Positions 60,455-64,000 of a stretch of DNA of 64,000 nt are shown here, in pieces. Under the pieces are notes generated by a model. It ran no database searches. It was not told the DNA's origin and worked only from the letters and a program-made list of their open reading frames with translations. The stretch's first letter is position 1; each line of letters opens with the position of its first letter. The translations under genes and the position numbers were made by a program. The stretch comes from Tubiluchus corallicola (Eukaryota > Animalia > Priapulida). The stretch is from contig JAQGDQ010000347.1 of NCBI GenBank assembly GCA_030141605.1, positions 64,759 to 128,758 on the forward strand. The letters are read 5' to 3'.

Positions 60455-61327
60455 ATGAAGCGTAATACCATTCTTTTCACTCTATCTTTGCTTCTTTTAT
60501 CGTGCTCTATAAAAAACAAGAAGGTTAGTAACCCTGTGATTTTTGTAAGCATACATCCTCTTAAATACTTTGCTGACAGGGTTGTAGGCGATAACTACTC
60601 TGTTATGGTAATGATTCCACCAGGGACAAGCCCAGCAACATGGGCTCCAACTCCCACACATATGCGCAGCTTGTCAGATGCCAAAGCCTACTTCTCTATA
60701 GGGCATCTCGGTTTTGAAAAGGCATGGGTAAAAGAATTTAAAAAAATGAACCCCAACATGAGGGTTATAGCAACATCCGTTGATGCAGACCTGATAAAAA
60801 TAGTTGAACAAGACCACGGAGACCATGTTCATCGCGGAATCGATCCGCACGTATGGGTCTCACCCAAACAAGCATCTGTTATTGCAAAAAACATATTTGA
60901 AGGAGTAGCCTCAATAGACCCTAAAAACAGAGAGTTATACTACCAGAATCTCTTAAAATTACTGTCCGATATTGATATGGTGGATAAAAAAGTTGAAACC
61001 AGCCTCACCCCCATATCAGGTAAAAAATTTATAATCTTTCACCCTTCACTCGGTTATTTAGCACGCGATTACGGACTGGAACAAATCCCAATAGAATTTG
61101 ATGGCAAGCTGCCTTCGCCTTCCTACATGCAACATCTTGTAGAGACTGCAAAAGCAGAAGATATAAAACTGGTTTTAATACAAAAAGAATTTGATATTGA
61201 TAACGCCAGATCGCTAGCTAACGAGATCAATGGTACCGTTGTGCAAGTTAACCCGCTTGATTATGACTGGGCACAACAGGTAATATACATTTCAACAGTA
61301 TTATCAGAGAACCTAAAAGACAATTAG
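60455..61327 (+). CDS. znuA: Zinc ABC transporter substrate-binding lipoprotein
   Basis: Lipobox LLSC; short His loop, DPHVWVSP, FHPSLGYLARDYGL. Confidence 0.88.
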   Translation: MKRNTILFTLSLLLLSCSIKNKKVSNPVIFVSIHPLKYFADRVVGDNYSVMVMIPPGTSPATWAPTPTHMRSLSDAKAYFSIGHLGFEKAWVKEFKKMNPNMRVIATSVDADLIKIVEQDHGDHVHRGIDPHVWVSPKQASVIAKNIFEGVASIDPKNRELYYQNLLKLLSDIDMVDKKVETSLTPISGKKFIIFHPSLGYLARDYGLEQIPIEFDGKLPSPSYMQHLVETAKAEDIKLVLIQKEFDIDNARSLANEINGTVVQVNPLDYDWAQQVIYISTVLSENLKDN

Positions 61328-61370
61328 CGCTACGGGGTAGTTTTACTATAAGCTATAAGAAAAAGGAGGT

Positions 61371-62123
61371 ATGAAAAAACTACTGAAAATACAGAATATG
61401 TCGGCTGGATATGGTAGGAATATTGTACTGAAAAATGTCAACCTGGAAGTAAATAGTAAGGATTTTATAGGAATAATAGGCCCAAATGGAGGAGGAAAAA
61501 CAACTTTGCTAAAAGCCATTTTGGGTATATTACCTAAAATGGATGGTAATATAACTTTCAGTCCGAAAATAAAGAGAGGAAAGCGACACAGTATAGGGTA
61601 TTTACCCCAGATAAACAATATTGACAACAAATTTCCCATATCGGTACATAATGTGGTGCTGTCTGGGCTAATGTCCGGCGGCAGATTGCTGGGAGGCTTC
61701 TCTCGAGCTGAAAAAAGAAGAGCCAACGAACTACTAGCAGAAATGGGTATTTATGATATACGAAACAGTCCCATTGGAAAGCTTTCAGGAGGACAAGTAC
61801 AACGCACACTGCTTTGCAGAGCATTGATTAACAGCCCCAGGCTGCTTATTCTCGATGAACCATCTACCTATGTTGACAGTAGGTTTGAGCACAACCTCTA
61901 TGAAAAGCTCAGAACTATGAATGAAAAAATGGCAATACTTCTTGTATCACACGATATTGGTACAATCTCATCCCACGTTAAAAGTATTGCCTGTGTAAAC
62001 AAAACACTGCACTACCACCCATCAAACAAGATTACTCCTGAGCAACTGGCAGAATACGAATGCCCGATACAGATTATATCACACGGAGATATACCCCACA
62101 CTGTGCTTGGAGAGCACAGATAA
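61371..62123 (+). CDS. znuC: Zinc ABC transporter ATPase
   Basis: GPNGGGKT, LSGGQVQR, LDEP, VSHD. Confidence 0.9.
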   Translation: MKKLLKIQNMSAGYGRNIVLKNVNLEVNSKDFIGIIGPNGGGKTTLLKAILGILPKMDGNITFSPKIKRGKRHSIGYLPQINNIDNKFPISVHNVVLSGLMSGGRLLGGFSRAEKRRANELLAEMGIYDIRNSPIGKLSGGQVQRTLLCRALINSPRLLILDEPSTYVDSRFEHNLYEKLRTMNEKMAILLVSHDIGTISSHVKSIACVNKTLHYHPSNKITPEQLAEYECPIQIISHGDIPHTVLGEHR

Positions 62124-62146
62124 CAATAAAACTAATAAATTAAAAC

Positions 62147-62284
62147 TATGGTAATTGCAAAGCAAAATATTCTGGCTAAGGTTAAAACTCGATGAAAAAC
62201 CGCAGCTTACTAACGTAAATAAAGGTACAAAAGAGGATTTTGATAAAAATATTAATAAAAAAATAAAGCCATTCAAAAAGCATC
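62147..62284 (+). repeat. MITE-like repeat family A, copy inside znu operon
   Basis: AAAACTCGATGAAAAACCGCAGCTTACTAACGTAAAT...GAGGATTTTGATAAAAATATTAATAAAA. Confidence 0.75.
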
Positions 62285-62296
62285 AAACCATAGCAA

Positions 62297-63121
62297 ATGA
62301 AATTTAGCGCAATATTCCAGTACAGTTTCTTTCAAAATGCATGCATCGTGGCACTGCTTGCAAGCATTATCTGTGGCATAATAGGCACCTATATTGTATC
62401 GCGAAGAATAGTATTCATAAGTGGAGGAATTACACACGCTTCATTTGGAGGTATTGGAATAGGATACTACCTGGGATTTGAACCTATATTGGGGGCACTG
62501 GCTTTTGGAACACTTTCGGCACTCGGTATTGATCTTTTTTCAAAAAAAGCAGACATAAGAGAAGACTCGGCAATAGCCATATTCTGGACATTGGGAATGG
62601 CAGTAGGTATAATATTTATACATATGACTCCCGGTTATGCACCCAATCTGATGAGTTATCTTTTTGGCAATATCCTTACTGTCTCAACACTCCATATATT
62701 CATGATGCTACTGTTAGCGCTGACAGTATCTTCTTTCTTTATCCTGTTCTTCTGGACAATACTCTCTGTATCGTTCGATCAGGAATTTGCCCTCAGCAAT
62801 AACGCTCCGGTAAAGGTATTCAACGCTGTGCTTATATGCCTGGTTGCATTCACAATAATACTCAGCATTCGCGTTGTAGGTATAATACTTGTAATGTCTC
62901 TGCTTACTATCCCTCAGTCAATAGCAAATATCTTTACAAAGAAGTTTGGCAATATGATTTTTATCTCCATAGCTTTCTCCTTCGCTGGAACTTTTGCGGG
63001 GCTAATTGCTTCTTACTGGATACCTGTCCCTTCAGGAGCAGCTATAATATTCTCTTTGATATTAATGTTCCTGTTCGTTCGACTGGGCGCTTACATTATG
63101 GTGAAACGTAAGCATAAATAA
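62297..63121 (+). CDS. znuB: Zinc ABC transporter permease
   Basis: GGITHASFGG, YLFGNIL, SFDQEFA, VGIILVMSLL. Confidence 0.9.
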   Translation: MKFSAIFQYSFFQNACIVALLASIICGIIGTYIVSRRIVFISGGITHASFGGIGIGYYLGFEPILGALAFGTLSALGIDLFSKKADIREDSAIAIFWTLGMAVGIIFIHMTPGYAPNLMSYLFGNILTVSTLHIFMMLLLALTVSSFFILFFWTILSVSFDQEFALSNNAPVKVFNAVLICLVAFTIILSIRVVGIILVMSLLTIPQSIANIFTKKFGNMIFISIAFSFAGTFAGLIASYWIPVPSGAAIIFSLILMFLFVRLGAYIMVKRKHK

Positions 63122-63168
63122 AAACTTACTAAGAAGTTTTGACAAAAACATTAATATAAAAGCCCTCC

Positions 63169-64000
63169 TTAATCTGTGTAAACCTTTATAGTTCGGTACC
63201 CAAAAACTGCAATTATAACAAAACAGAACAGGGGTAAAACAAACGATATGCTAACCGCAGGCTGCGAAAAAATCGTTTCGAAGTCAATGATAGCAGCCTG
63301 AATTTTTGGAAGAAACGTTCCCCCGACAATCGCCATAATTAGACCGGCAGCGCCAAACTTTGCATCATCGCCCATTCCCCTTAATGCTATACCATAAATG
63401 CTGGGGAACATCAATGACATACAGGCAGATATTCCCATAAGGCAATACAGCCCTGTCACACCATCAATAAACATAGTTCCGATAGAAAGAATAATACCGC
63501 CCACAGATAACACCATCAGCAACAGCCCTGCACTTACATACTTAAGAATAAAAGTGCAGATAAAACGCGAGGTAAGGAAAAACAGCATAGCCAGTATGTT
63601 ATAAAGCTGTGCCACATGTGCAGCAGAGCCGGCGCTTAACCCGCTAACAGCTTCACCTGAACGAATAGCCGAAACAGTCTCTGCGCTCACTAAACCTCTT
63701 GCATTCATAAAGCCCAACCAGCCCGACTCAATAGCATCAGCACTGAGCCCCTGCTCCATAAATATTCTTTTCCCATACTGAACAATAAATGTCCAGCACA
63801 TTATCTGGGCCCCTACATAAAAAGCCTGAGTAACAACGCCGTCACGGTATCTTTTAATCCTGAACAGGCGCCCCAAAGCTTTAAACAGATCAAGCTTATG
63901 TGTCGCCTTTTCATTTTTGGGCATCTTCACAACTGCAATCAATATTAGCATTGCAATAATAATAAACCCGATAGATATATATGGAGAGCTCAGTATTTCA
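63169..64000 (-). CDS. FucP-family sugar:H+ symporter, 5' part outside window
   Basis: QAFYVGAQIMCWTFI, CMSLMFPSIYGIAL, AGLIMAIVGG. Confidence 0.85.
   Translation of the reverse strand, partial: EILSSPYISIGFIIIAMLILIAVVKMPKNEKATHKLDLFKALGRLFRIKRYRDGVVTQAFYVGAQIMCWTFIVQYGKRIFMEQGLSADAIESGWLGFMNARGLVSAETVSAIRSGEAVSGLSAGSAAHVAQLYNILAMLFFLTSRFICTFILKYVSAGLLLMVLSVGGIILSIGTMFIDGVTGLYCLMGISACMSLMFPSIYGIALRGMGDDAKFGAAGLIMAIVGGTFLPKIQAAIIDFETIFSQPAVSISFVLPLFCFVIIAVFGYRTIKVYTD

Overview
64 kb of a Bacteroidota chromosome (Bacteroidales/Marinilabiliales-like: SusC/D, UpxY, TANNTTYG-type promoters). Housekeeping genes: rimP-nusA-infB, tRNA-Arg(ACG), clpB, class II ribonucleotide reductase, waaA, mqnD, rlmN, yidD-znuACB. 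There is a starch/maltodextrin PUL (susC-susD-susE-GH13). A ~21 kb peptidoglycan/MurNAc salvage locus (22.9-44.4 kb) holds D-lactate dehydrogenase, namZ, ampG, a signal-less SpoIID protein, DUF4922, GT2, an Amidase_3-like 'xanthan lyase', a sugar kinase, murQ and a FadR-type regulator, with a shared candidate operator. Also present: a four-gene sulfur-handling operon (Sqr-DUF1641-TusE-DsrE), a lone arginine deiminase and an orphan UpxY. Mobile DNA is dense: an intact IS256 with 8-bp target duplication, two IS256 remnants, a decayed IS1634 flanked by a 141-bp direct repeat inside an LRR pseudogene, and two families of short dispersed repeats (one in-frame in a signal peptide, one possibly completing a promoter). 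Four tandem ~85-bp units, each with a DnaA-box match, precede the reductase gene. All calls come from reading the sequence and recalled family motifs; no searches were run.
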